A stretch of DNA of 64,000 bases from Hydrolagus colliei (lineage: Eukaryota). Position 1 is the first letter of the stretch; each line of letters starts with the position of its first letter. This document shows, piece by piece, positions 48,450-60,120 of the stretch. The notes beneath the pieces were generated by a model, which saw only the letters and a list, made by a program, of their open reading frames with translations, made no database searches and was not told the DNA's origin. Location of the stretch: the NCBI GenBank assembly GCA_035084275.1, contig CM068744.1:41354001-41418000 (forward strand), written 5' to 3'. Made by a program: the position numbers and the translations under genes.

Positions 48450-49170
48450 TGTGTATGATACTATCTTTCAATCCTCCCTGGACACCAGGATGGTGCCTGA
48501 GGAGTGGAGAGTTGTAATTGTTACTCCCCTGTACAAAAAGCGGCTAAAGGATAAACCCAGAAACCACAGGCTAATTTCAGTAGTGCTGAAACTTCTTAAG
48601 ACTATAATAAGGGACAAAATAATCTTTCACTTAGAAAAATATTCAATAGTTCATGAAAAAGACAGCCAAGATGGAATGGTTAAATCCAAATTCTGTCTTA
48701 CAAACCCGAGCTTTTTGATGAAGCAACAGAGGGTGGATGAAGGTAAAGCAGTTGATTTTCAAAAGGCATTTGATTACGTGCCACAAAAGAGATTTGTAAA
48801 CAGAATAGAAGTCCATGGTATTGAAGGAACAATGGCAGCATGGATACAGAATTGTCTGAGAGACACAAAGCAGAGAGTGGTGGTGAACGTTTGTTTATCT
48901 GATTGAAGTGAAGTGTGCAGTGGTGTCCCCTAGGAGTCGGTATTGGGACAACTACAGTTTTGGATCTGTATAAATGACCTGGAATTGGGCATAAAGAGTA
49001 CAATAAAGATTAGTAAACAGTGAGCAGCATATTCGCAGATTGCAAGAGGTTATAGACAGATTGGTAAAATGGGCAGACATGGGGCAGATAATGTTTTATA
49101 TAGAGAAATGTGAAGTTATGTATTTTGGGAAGAAGAATGAGGAGAGGCAATATAGTATAGTTGGTAATAA
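48450..49170 (+). mobile_element. Degenerate CR1 RT fragment
   Basis: FQSSLDTRMVPEEWRVVIVTPLYKK, KFCLTN, DFQKAFDYVP. Confidence 0.8.
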
Positions 49171-50181
49171 TATTTGTTGCATTTGATGCAGCACTTTTCA
49201 CATATTCTAGACATCTCAAAGCGCTTCACTGAATATACTGCAAAGTGAATTTGATTGTATATTTGTGGGCAAAACGTGACAGCCAATTGCGCACAGCAGT
49301 GTCCCACAACAGTCGTGAATTGAAATGACCAATTCTATTATTGTAGATAATGTGGTTTTTTGGGAGGGATTATTATTAGGCATGTGGAGTAAGGAAACTT
49401 GCCCAAGGTTTTGCCCTGATCTGCCTGGATTCGAACACAGGTCTCACGCTTGTATGGCAAGTGCTCTAACCGCTGAGCTCAACTATGGAAATTCCCTCCT
49501 CATCAGTTTTCCTGGTTCTTCCCTTCGCAAGTTGCAGATCATTCAGAACTCTACAGCTCGTGTCCTCACCCGCACCAAGCACCCCGACCGCATCACTCCG
49601 ACCCTCGCTTGGCTCCATTGGCTCCCCATCCCCCAGAGAATCTAATTCAGGATCATCATCCTCACCTTCAAACCCTCCTTTGCGACCATGCCTTCTGCTG
49701 CCCTCCTAACTCTCTCCTGTCCTTCCTCGCTGCCCTGCCCATTTCCCTTGCTTGGGTCCCGTCCTAACTGTTCAGCACCATGGGTTGTCCTCCCGACGTG
49801 AAAGGCTCTCTAACAATGTAATTTTGTTGTTGTTGTTGCGCTACAGGACTCCACAAAGACAAGGATTATTATTATTATTGATGTTCTATGTGAAGATATA
49901 TTTACTGATCTCATATCAGATCTAATTTTATTATGTTCCTTCCTCTTGTTGAAATTGTTTCGCTATTTGATCTCATCTTCCTGGAATAACCACCATCCCG
50001 TACTCCCATTACATCATCGAGCAGCTTCACATCTCCGTGTTCCAACTCGAACCCCCTTCCTGGAGCCAGCTCGCTTCCAGCCCCCAATTCCCCTCTGTGT
50101 AAATCAATATTCTTTGGCTGGCCTAGAATTGTCCACTGAGCAACACATTGGGGAAGTATCTAGTTTGATACAGAAGCAACT

Positions 50182-50195
50182 AACTTCCTCTTTCT
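50182..50195 (-). promoter_or_regulatory. PU.1/Spi-type ETS site upstream of the Ig receptor leader exon
   Basis: aacttcctctttct reads AGAAAGAGGAAGTT on the - strand, close to the PU.1 consensus AAAGAGGAAGTG; ~140 nt upstream of ATG 50332. Confidence 0.5.
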
Positions 50196-50331
50196 GAGCT
50201 GGAGACTGGCCATGTGTGAGCTGGGAGCACAAAGCAATGTTCCACCCACTCTGATACTCTGTGTGTGTGGGCACGGTCTCATCCCAGTGAGAGAGCAGCA
50301 GCTTCACTAAGAGAAGCCCCCAGCAATTAGA

Positions 50332-50383
50332 ATGGCCAGTGAGCTACTCACAGCTGTCACCCTGACCCTCTGCCTTGCTCTGG
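50332..50383 (+). CDS. Exon 1 (signal peptide) of multi-V-domain Ig-superfamily receptor
   Basis: MASELLTAVTLTLCLAL-G followed by G|gtaagt phase-1 donor, in frame with the acceptor at 55281 (G|GA ATA ATG). Confidence 0.8.
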
Positions 50384-51569
50384 GTAAGTCCAAGTCCCTG
50401 TTTGGTAAATGGGCACACGACTCGTCAGTTACCTGCTCAGCAACATTAACCAGGTAAAGTCCTGATTGATAGAACCAAACTGAGCAGATAACTGATGTCA
50501 CAACCTTTGTGAGTCTGTGTTGAACGAGTCTCAGGATGGGTGGTGTTTATCAGTCACTTTCAGGGTGTGTAGCTGTACTTAGTGACTGGGCAGCTCTGTG
50601 AAGCCATCATGTCTCTGAATTCCCAGCCATTTGGTGAGGAGAGATTATTGCTGCAGCGAGATGATGTGTGACAAGGGTCAGGAACTCAGCACTGATACTG
50701 GGAGAGATCACAGGAGACCAGAGGAAATGTGATCACACAATTCAGGCCTGTACGCAGGATTTTTAATGGGGGGGGTGCGAATTGCTAGTGATGGGACCAA
50801 CAATGGCCGGCGGCTTGGGGGCTGCCCCTGAGGGCCCCTGGTGGGGGTGAAGGGGGCAAAGCCCCCTCGAGGCCCCGACATTTTACACAGTTTGAGGTCT
50901 TATTTAATCGGTTTAGAAGATCCAATATGAATGGTAAATGTTTAATGTCCTTGGTTTTTAAGAGCATAATTATTTATTCAGTGTTTTTATTTTCCCAGGT
51001 AGTCCGTGTCTAAATCTTTTGGGAAGGTTGAATGTGTTCGCCGATAAAAGCAAACACAATTGTTGTCACGATAATGTAAGGAATGTGAACGATAAAGTAA
51101 ATTACAATCCAATTAAAACAGTACAATGACGAATGCTTGATAAATGTATGTGTATAAGAGAAAATGATCATAAACTACGGATTGACAGTAATTAATAAGT
51201 TGTTCTGCAACATTTTTCTTTACATCATGGAGGTATTCTCAATATTTCCATGCTTTAACTGAATACATATATTGTGTTACTTGAGCACAAATACATATCT
51301 TATTGTTATCCTAAGACTCAATTTCTTTCGGACTGTAATGAACAATAGTGTAAGAGTAAAGTATGAATTATGTGCTCAGATATTCCAGTAAAGCAAATTT
51401 TATAAAAGACAAGAAAATATACAGAAACTGAAAATCAGTGTAAAACAGTTAATTCACATGTGTTACAAGCCTGTTATCAGCATTATCCTGAAAATATCGT
51501 TGAACTGTGAGCAATAGTGTAGTTAGCTTTTATTTATTTATTTATTTAGTTAGAATCAAAATGAAAAGA

Positions 51570-52760
51570 AGTGGCGCAGTTGATGTAGTTTACATGGACT
51601 TTCAAAAGGCATTTGACAAAGTGCCACATGAGAGACTTATTATGAAATTAAAGGCCCATGGCATAAAAGGGACAGTGGCAGCGTGGATCCACAACTGGCT
51701 GCGAGACAGAAAGCAGAGAGTTGTAGTGAGCAGCTGTTTTTCAGATTGGAGGGAAGTGAGCAGTGGTGTGCCACAGGGATCAGTTTTGGGACCATTGCTG
51801 TTTGTAATCTACATCAATGATTTGGACTTGGGTGTACGGAGTACAGTTTCCAAGTTTGCAGATGACACTAAGTTAGGGAGAATAGTAAATAGTGAGGAGG
51901 ATAGTAGCCATCTGCAAGAGGATATAGACAAATTGGTAAAGTGGGCAGACACATGGCAGATGAAGTTTAATGCAGAGAAGTGTGAGGTGATGCATTTTGG
52001 GAGAAGAAATGAAGGGAGGCAATATAGGCTAGATAGTACAATTTTAAATGGTGTGAAGGAACAGAGAGACCTGGGGATTTGTGTTAGTGACTCGTTGAAG
52101 GTGGCAGGACAGGTAGACAAGGCTGTTAAGAAGGCATATGGGATACTAGGCTTTATAAATAGGGGTATAGAGTACAAAAGTCAGGAAGTGCTAACTAACC
52201 TCTATAGGACTTTGGTGAGGCCTCAGCTGGAATACTGTGTTCAATTCTGGTCACCACACTACAGAAAGGATGTGAAGGCATTGGAAAGGGTGCAGCGAAG
52301 ATTTACTAGGATGGTGTCAGGATTGAGGGACTTCAGCTATGAGGAGAGGCTAGATAGACTCGGGTTATTCTCTCTGGAGCAGAGAAGATTGAGGGGAGAC
52401 CTAATAGAGGTTTATAGGATCATGAGGGGTTTCGACAGGGCAAATAGAGAAAAACTATTTCCACTCGTGGGTGAATCTGTGACTCGTGGTCACAGATTAA
52501 AAATAGTTTCAAGGCGAAGTAGAGGGGAGCTGAGGAGAAATTTTTTCACTCAGCGAGTTGTTCGAATCTGGAATGCATTGCCTGAAAAGGTGGTGGAGGC
52601 TGATTCGATAACAACTTTTAAAAGGGAATTAGATCTTTATTTAGGGAGAACAGGTCTATTAGGCTATGGGGAGCGGGCAGGGCAGTGGGATTGAATTGCT
52701 CTTTTCAAAGAGCCGGCACAGACTAGATGGGCCGAATGGCCTCCTTTTGTGCCGTAATTT
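51570..52760 (+). mobile_element. Young 5'-truncated CR1 with uninterrupted RT C-terminal frame
   Basis: [34 protein letters not shown], open to 52694; CR1 3'UTR. The N-terminus of ORF 51507 is flanking sequence. Confidence 0.93.
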
Positions 52761-52841
52761 TTTTAAAAAATTTTTTTAAAAGTGACCCATCAAGCAATAC
52801 TGATCTGAAGAAAAAATCTTGAATAAATAAGGGAGGGGAAA

Positions 52842-53755
52842 TTAATTATTTAATAGCGTTCCATATTCGAGACGCCTTGGTTGCTTTGAAGCGAATACGT
52901 CAACCACTCTACCAATATCGATTTCCATGTTATAATGAATGTGCATTAACTCGGGTGCTGAAAGTCGTTCTTGCATCATGCTTGCTCGTAGGTAGGTGTG
53001 TAATCTGCGTAAAGCACTTGCACTTCTTTCACATTCGCAACTTGTTGCAGGAATAGTGCAACACAATCTTAGAAGCACAGAGATATTAGGGAACATGTCA
53101 TCATCACACTCCATCATTGCTGTTGCTGCCATGGATGGACGTTGGTCAGAGGATAATGGTAGGAATCTGTGTTTCCATCTGAATAATTCTTGTGGGAACA
53201 CTTCCGGTGAGTGCATATCTTCAGCGTATACTTCAACTACCTCTTCGAGTGATGGTACATCATCCCCACATAACACTGACGGGACTAATCCCAATAGCCT
53301 TGATGAAAGCACCGATAAATCGGAAAGTGGTGAGTCAAGCTCAGAATGGATGTGGCTTAGGAATGGAATCGCAACGTTTCGACGATAATGCTCCTCAGGT
53401 GTAGCTGCAGGCACGTTACTACGCATGGTCTGCCGACCAACAGTCCGTGGCATTGATGGCATGACGTTGACAGCATTAGCCATTCTAACAGCTTGCTTAT
53501 ACGATCTTGAAAATTCGACTTCTACATCATTGCAGAGTGCTTTGTATACCGCTTTCACGGTTGAGATCTCACTGTAAGCCTTGATGATGTCAACAGTCTG
53601 CCCTTGCAATTTTACTGTTATGCCAGCGAGATGTGACAAGAAGTGATAGATCGTAAGAAATGTCACAATGAAGTCGAAGGAAGTGAGACTTGCCAATAGA
53701 GATGCTGCATCACAGCGACTATTTGGAGCCCAACTAGCTTCCCTAACATCTATGC
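52842..53755 (-). pseudogene. hAT transposase C-terminal part (hATC dimerisation domain; PRKRIR/THAP12/ZMYM1-like)
   Basis: FPNISVLLRLCCTIPATSCECERSASALRRLHTYLRASMMQERLSAPELMHIH is the hATC motif. The frame stays open upstream (..WAPNSRCDAASLLASL) until the RTE insert; the N-terminal DDE region is absent. Confidence 0.85.
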
Positions 53756-53764
53756 CACATGATT

Positions 53765-54053
53765 CGAGCTACATGGTACACTACCACACTGGTATCACAG
53801 ACATTACTGCAGAGGCGTCTTAGGTTTAGCGGACATAGCTGGAGAAGCCGGGAGGAAACTGTCTATAGTGCTATCCTATGGGAACCATTGCACGGTCACA
53901 GAACACGAGGTAGACCGGCCCTAACCTACATCGATACTCTGGAGCGCGATTCGGGTATTGGCAGGCGGGAGTTGTCAGGCTGCATGGAGAGAAGGGATCA
54001 GTGGAGAAGTGTGGTTGTCAATGCCCGAGTTCGCCCGATCAGATGATGATGAA
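53765..54053 (+). mobile_element. RTE-clade LINE 3' end fragment
   Basis: QRRLRFSGHSWRS..ILWEPLHGHRTRGRPALTYIDTLERDSG..MERRDQWR, followed by a (GAT)n tail gatgatgatga. Confidence 0.75.
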
Positions 54054-55280
54054 ACTATTTTTAGGCCAAATTCGTGCGACATTGATGTTTTTGGAATGTA
54101 GGTAAAATTGCTCCGGTAAATAAGGCCCTCATCTGGTAAAGAGGCCGCAAGTGGTAAAACGGTAAAAATAGCCCCGAGGAAACAATTTTAAAAAAGTTGA
54201 ACATGATATGAAGATTAATCTGGTTAAAAATAGCTTCACTCTGGGTACAAAATTGAATGAGAAATAAAGTAGCACTGTTTATTTTTGCAGTCATTTTTTT
54301 TGCATGCCAGTGGACGTCTCTAAAAGCAATTTTTAATTAAAGGAATACAGTTTTAATAATATAAATCAAATGTGATAATCAAGACAAAACAAGAAACATG
54401 ATATTCCAGAAACACGCCTATCAAAACTTAAGTCATTTTTACTTACATTTATCAGATTAAAATATGATTTCAGCTTCCACAAAGTGGTGCTACCCTTGTG
54501 GCTGTATACGGGATGATTTCCAAACGAGGATGGATTTGAGTCTTGGCGCGCGCCTATGTTTACGCAGTGAGTCACAGACTCGCCGCGTCATTGACTAGCG
54601 CGTCTATCGACGCGGTATGTTTTGGGTAGACACCGATTCTGGTGTGCGAGTAATTTTATATTAATACTAAAACATTCAAAGATGTGTATTTATAATTAAT
54701 ACATAGTTTTGAAGAACTAATTGTTACACAAATGCTCAATAAATTTACTTGGTATTTAAGTGTTATAAAAATACAATTCTCTACCCCGGAAAATGTGGAC
54801 CTTTTATAATTTGGGGGGGTGCGTACGCACCCGTCGCAACCCCCCCCTGTGTACGGGCCTGCAATTGTTATTGGAGTAACAACATTGTCACAAATGGCTG
54901 CTGAGACTGAGACCAGAAACACTTAAATACATAAACCTTACAGTGAGAGAGCAGGGAATGGGGTTAGAGTAGAGAACTCCAGTATGGGAGTGAGTACCAT
55001 CACAGACATGATGTAGGGAGAGCAGGGGAATGGGATTAAAGTAGAGAGCTGCAGGGTGGAGTGAGCACCAGTGCATATGTGATGGGGAGAGAGAGCTCCA
55101 GTGGGGGAGTAAGCACAGATTTTAATGTAATCAGCTAAATACATTGAGACTTTGAGGTAATAAGGAAGTAGAGAAAATAAGGAAATTATTTTATTATATT
55201 ATTATTTTTACAGTATTGATGCTGAGCTCATGAAGCTGAAAATCTATTGATTTTTATCCTTTATATGTTTTAATTTGCAG

Positions 55281-55610
55281 GAATAATGGGTCAGTCTCTA
55301 ATCCTGGTTCAGTCTCCAGAATTCAAACCAGCCCGAGAGGGTCAGACAGTGGAGCTTTGGTGTGGAGTGGAGAACAGCAAAGTGTCTGACATTGACCTAA
55401 AGTGGGAATATTTGGAAGTTAAAGGCCCTACCAAAACACTGCTGTTTGATGGATTCACAAGTGATGACCGTTTCAAGTCTACTAGAGATGTCTCCAGAAA
55501 CAGCTTCAATCTGACAATCACTAACGTGAAGCTTGTGGACTCTGGCTTCTATTACTGTCTTGTACATGATACAAACAGTAGAGGAACTGGGACCGAGCTC
55601 ATTGTTGTTG
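55281..55610 (+). CDS. Exon 2: V-set Ig domain 1 with germline-joined J-like segment
   Basis: Acceptor taatttgcag|, donor G|gtaagt (phase 1/1). VELWC, LKWEY, DSGFYYC, then RGTGTELIVV. No RSS. Confidence 0.9.
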
Positions 55611-55654
55611 GTAAGTAGACAACAGACAGGGCTCTGCACTGGGGAAAGAGAACT

Positions 55655-55770
55655 AGAGAGACAGAGAGAGAACCACAGAGAGAGAGAGAGAGAGAGAAAA
55701 CGAGAGAGAGACCCAGAGAGAGAGAACCTGAGAGAGACAAAGAGAGAAAGCAATAGAGACCCTGAGATAG
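55655..55770. repeat. Imperfect (GA)n microsatellite
   Basis: gagagacagagagagaaccacagagagagagagag... Confidence 0.85.
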
Positions 55771-56559
55771 AGTGAAAAACAGGAAGTTCTCTTCTTTTGT
55801 GGGGGAACGGAGGCAAGCTGATGGGTGAGGAGGGAGCAGATAGGGGGTTGGGGAAGACATGGTAGGTAAGGAGTCTCTCAGCTTGCGAGTGCGTCCTGAT
55901 AGATGGCAGATGGCAGCAACGGAGGTAACTTCACACAGCTCAATGTGCTGCAGTCTGCTAGCAGGAAATTTTTCCTGAGCTGAGGGGAAGTCAAGTGGGT
56001 CTAGTTACCCATTGCATCCTCCCAGCTCCTGCCCCTGCCTATTTGAGAAAGGGGGGAAAGGAGTGATTGAGAGAGTTGGGGAGTGTTTGAGGAGAGATGG
56101 GGTGGGGAGGGAGCGATTGAGAAAGAGAAGGGAGTGATTGAAAGAGGTAGGAGAGTGTTTGAGGAGAGGGGCAGGAGAGAAGGTGGAGCGATAGAGAAAG
56201 GGGGACAGAGTGATTGAAAGAGTGGGGAGAGTGTTTGAGGGAGAGGAGCAAAGAGTGATTGATTGACAGGGGGAGTGTGATTGTGAGAAAGAACATGAGG
56301 GAGAGGGAGAAAGAGAAAGAAACGCAGAGAAATCAGAGCGAAAAGCAGAGAGACTGGAGCTGGGGGGGGATTGATGGCAGGGTTTTCTGGTTTGGTGTCA
56401 GGACAGATGATAGAAGCCTCTGAAGTATGAGCAGAGAGATATTCCTCACAGCAAACTCCCTCTTTCCCCAGTAAGAAACTCCTCCACGGCCATCCCCTTA
56501 CCCCCAACCACCCACTTCTCTTGATCCTGACCTAGCCGTTCCCTTTTGTCCAGCGAACC

Positions 56560-57810
56560 CCAGCTTGGGGAGGCTTATGATATATGTCAGATGCAAAATA
56601 CAGAAGATAATCAAATAGAATATAGAAAGTACAAAGAAGAACTGGCAAAGGAAAGAAGCGGGGCAAACAGATTGTGTGAGAAAAGATTAGCGGGTAACTT
56701 AAAAGGGAACCCTTGGGTATTTTACAAGAGTATAAAGAATACTCTTAAAGGTTAGTCAAAGCTAGGGTAGGTCCAATGAGGGACCAAGGATGAAATCTTG
56801 TTGAGGTCGGGCATGGCTGATGCATTGAATGAGTATTTTGAATCTGTCATCACAATTAAATCTCCTTTTCCTGATTTATTTTGATTCTAATTAATCATCT
56901 ATCGAGGTTTGGATTCCCTACCTTTCCCCTTTGTGGGAAATGTATTTGTTCTGACCCCTTCAAGGCTTCCCATTGCTCATTAGCTGTTTTATCTGCAATC
57001 TTTCTTTCCAGTCAATCTTGGCTAGGTCCCTTTCTAACTCACTGAAATCAGGCTTCTTCCAGTTGAGTAACTTCACTTTTGAATGTTCCTTATCCCTTCC
57101 CATAAAAAACTCTAAACATAAACTAGATAATAATCCTTGCATTAGTTATAGCACTTTTTAAAGATTGTACAATTTTAATGGGGTAAACCAACAGAGAGAT
57201 GTGGGGGTCCATATAAGCATATCACTGAAGGTGGCAGTACAGGTAGAGAAGCTATTAAAAAAGAATGTGGGATACTAGGATTTAAAATTAGAGACATAGA
57301 ATACAAAAGTCAGGAGGTTATGATCAATATTTGTAAAATGCTGGTTTGTCCTCAATTGGAGTACTGTGTTCAGTTCTGAGCACCACACTTTATGAAAGAT
57401 GTTAAGGCATTGGAGAGGGTATAAAGGAGATAGTACCGGGAATGAAGGACCTTAGTTATGAGGAGAGTTTAGCAAAACTAGGATTATTCTCCCAAGAGCA
57501 GAGAAAATTAAGAGGAGATTTAATAGAGGTTTTGAAGATCATGAGGGGATTTGATAGGTTGAACTGGGAAAAACTGTTTCCCCTGGTATGTGGGTCAGTA
57601 ATCTGAGGGCACCAATATTAGATAGTTGTTAAAAGAAAGAGGGGAGGTGAGGAAAAAAAAGTTCACGCAGCGAGATGTTTGGATCTGGAATGCATTATCT
57701 GAAAGGTAGTGGAAGCTGATTCAATAACAACTTTTAAGAGAGAAGTAGATGGGTATTTAGGGAGGACAAGATTGCAGGGCTATGGAGAGAAAGCGGGCCA
57801 GTGAGATTGA
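56560..57810 (+). mobile_element. Rearranged degenerate CR1 fragments
   Basis: KRLAGNLKGNPWVFYKSI (+), KVKLLNWKKPDFSELERDLAKIDWKE (- strand piece), then a CR1 3' region. Confidence 0.75.
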
Positions 57811-58632
57811 GTGTGTGTGTGTGACTTTGTTAAAAGCTTTACCTACCTGTTCTGTTACCAACACATATTTAGTTGGATGAACCGTTATATCTCTCCGTTC
57901 CTTGATCCCGATTATGATTAGACCATCTATCTTAGAGAGACCAGGTTGCGCAAGTTTCCCTAACCCCAACTCTGTCCCCCCCACGCTGAAGTCTCGATCA
58001 TCTCCCCAACTGGCCAGTGCCTTCGAGCCTTCTCCTGACATTAAAAGCCTTTACAGATTTTACTCCACACGCCTGTTTACCTAGTACTAATAAAGAACCC
58101 AGTTGTTGGTCGATTGGCAGATCACTTTTATTACACTTTTGGGTGTAATAATTACACCAAAAAAATTAACAATAATAAATTGATGACTTTAATCCATGAC
58201 TGCTTAAGGGACACTGCTGTATGCAATTGACTGCCATATTTTGCACAAAATACACTTTTGTAAAGCGCTTTGAGGTGAGATGTGATAAGGCGCCACATCA
58301 ACTGCAAGGATCATCATCATCACTGCACTTGGCTAACGTGGGCATGCTGAGCGTCCCCCACCTTCTGCACATCCCCTTTGACAGCCGAGCCTTCAGATCT
58401 TACTGCCCAACCTCTGGAACTCACTCCCTGTACCCTTCCATCAGTGGTCCTCCGTCTGATTTCCAGCACCCGAACCATTCCCTATACATACAGTACTGTA
58501 TATAGTTTGAGACACAAAATGTCAAACCACTGCGAGGCAGGTGGAAGTTGAACTAAATGGACTTTGGTCTTACGTTCTTATGATGTGGGCAGCAACATCT
58601 GGGCCAGATTTCCTTTGTAATTTTTTTTAAAG

Positions 58633-58995
58633 GTTCACAAAGTCCATCAATTGTCCAGTCTCCAAAGTTGGTGAATATCAGAGAGGGAGGCACGGCCCAG
58701 TTACAGTGCACAATGGACAAGGTTGATGTGAGCCGCACCGATGTTCACTGGTACAGACAACACCTGAGACAGCGCAGGGAGTGGATTTTAACACATCGAT
58801 TAAATGACCAGATAACAGTCCCCACTGCAATGGTTCCACTCCAAGGTTCCACTCAGCATCTCCAGCCATCAAGAGTCACCTCCAATAAAACCTACATTCT
58901 GATACTCATTGACGTGTCAGTCAGTGACGCTGCCGTTTATCACTGCTGTGTGTGGTCAACGGTCTGCGGGGATGGGACACAGCTGAATGTAACTG
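58633..58995 (+). CDS. Exon 3: VJ-type Ig domain 2
   Basis: Acceptor tttttttaaag|, donor G|gtgagt (phase 1/1), 363 nt open. AQLQC, VHWYRQ, DAAVYHCC, VCGDGTQLNVT. Confidence 0.9.
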
Positions 58996-59757
58996 GTGAG
59001 TACATTTATTACCAGATTTTACTACCTGATTTCAGGAATTCTTACCTCTCCTTCACTTTACACTGTTACCTTCTTAGTCTATGATAGGATAATTCAAGTC
59101 CCCCATTATTACTACTCTATTGGTTTTACATCTTTTTGAAACCTGCTGGTAGATATGTTCATCTACCCATTCCCACTATTTGGTGGTCAATGGTATACAC
59201 CTAACCCAAGGACACTGATTTAAAATAGTTATTAAAAGAAACAGAGGGGAGGTGAGGACAAATTTTTCACTCAAAGTGGTGAGAGAGAGCGGGGATGTGG
59301 GATTGATTTGGACAAAGAGTCAGCACAGACTCGATGGGCCTAATGGCCTCGTTCTGTGCTGTATAATCCTATAATGATTCTCTGAAGGCTCTGATGGGAG
59401 CCTCTGTCTTGTCAACCTTCAACTAGAGAAAGTTAGCTCTCATCCATCTGCAGTGATCAGAACTAGCTTAAAGAGCAGGAGTTGAGAGTGACAGAGAGAT
59501 GGAGATCACAGCATAAAATCAAAGAGAGCAATGATATCACGAGGTCAGACCGGGAGAGAGATGTGAGGCTGAAATTCCACTGGTTGTATAGGATATGCAT
59601 ATCCCTGTATATACAGTTTATACAGTTTACACCCTATAAAAAATATCAAGCAACTGCCAGGATGGTGGAATGTAATCTAGATGGACTTTACTCTTACGTT
59701 TGTATGAGCCGGCAGCAACATCTGGGCCAGGTTTCATAATATAATTTTGTCTTATAG

Positions 59758-60120
59758 GTTCACAAAGTCCATCACTCGTCCAGTCTCTAAAGTTAGTAAA
59801 TTTCAGAGAGGGAGGCATGGCCCAGTTACAGTGCACTGTGGACAATGGCGATGTGAGCAGCATCGATGTTCACTGGTACCGACAATACCTGAGTCAGCGC
59901 AGGGAGTGGATTTTAACACATTGTGTAAATGACCAGATAATAGTCCCCACTGCAACATTTTCACTCCAAAATTCCACTCGGCGTCTCCAGCCATTCCGAG
60001 TCATTTCCAGTAACACCTACATACTGATACTCACTAAAGTATCAGTCAATGACACTGCTGTCTATCACTGCTGTGTGTGGTCAACTGTCTGTGCGAACGG
60101 AACACAACTGAACGTAACCA
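59758..60120 (+). CDS. Exon 4: VJ-type Ig domain 3 (duplicate of domain 2)
   Basis: Acceptor gtcttatag|, donor A|gtgagt (phase 1/1), 363 nt open. AQLQC, VHWYRQ, DTAVYHCC, VCANGTQLNVT. Confidence 0.9.

Larger units (their letters stand above)
50743..54861 (-). mobile_element. hAT DNA transposon (defective) with nested CR1 and RTE fragments, in receptor intron 1
   Basis: TIRs caggcctgtacgcagg (50743) and caggcccgtacacagg (reverse complement, ending 54861), 14/16 identical. Internal transposase C-terminus. Confidence 0.85.

Noticed and set aside
52842-53696. Domesticated host gene such as THAP12/PRKRIR or ZMYM1
   Set aside because: It is enclosed by TIRs, lacks the N-terminal catalytic region, and is truncated by an RTE insertion.
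50738-54866. Transib/ProtoRAG-like element suggested by the 5-bp flank repeat inside a VJ-receptor gene
   Set aside because: The termini start CAG rather than CAC, are not RSS-like, and the encoded protein has an hATC domain. It also sits in an intron, not within a V exon.
54944-55115. Diverged ~70-bp tandem repeat beside the hAT end, considered as a CRISPR-like array
   Set aside because: Only 2-3 degenerate units with no unique spacers, in a eukaryotic context. An ordinary minisatellite.
55281-60120. Rearranging Ig/TCR V gene segments
   Set aside because: Each V is already fused to a J-like strand and followed by a GT donor. There is no CACAGTG/nonamer at the V ends and no D, J or C segments.
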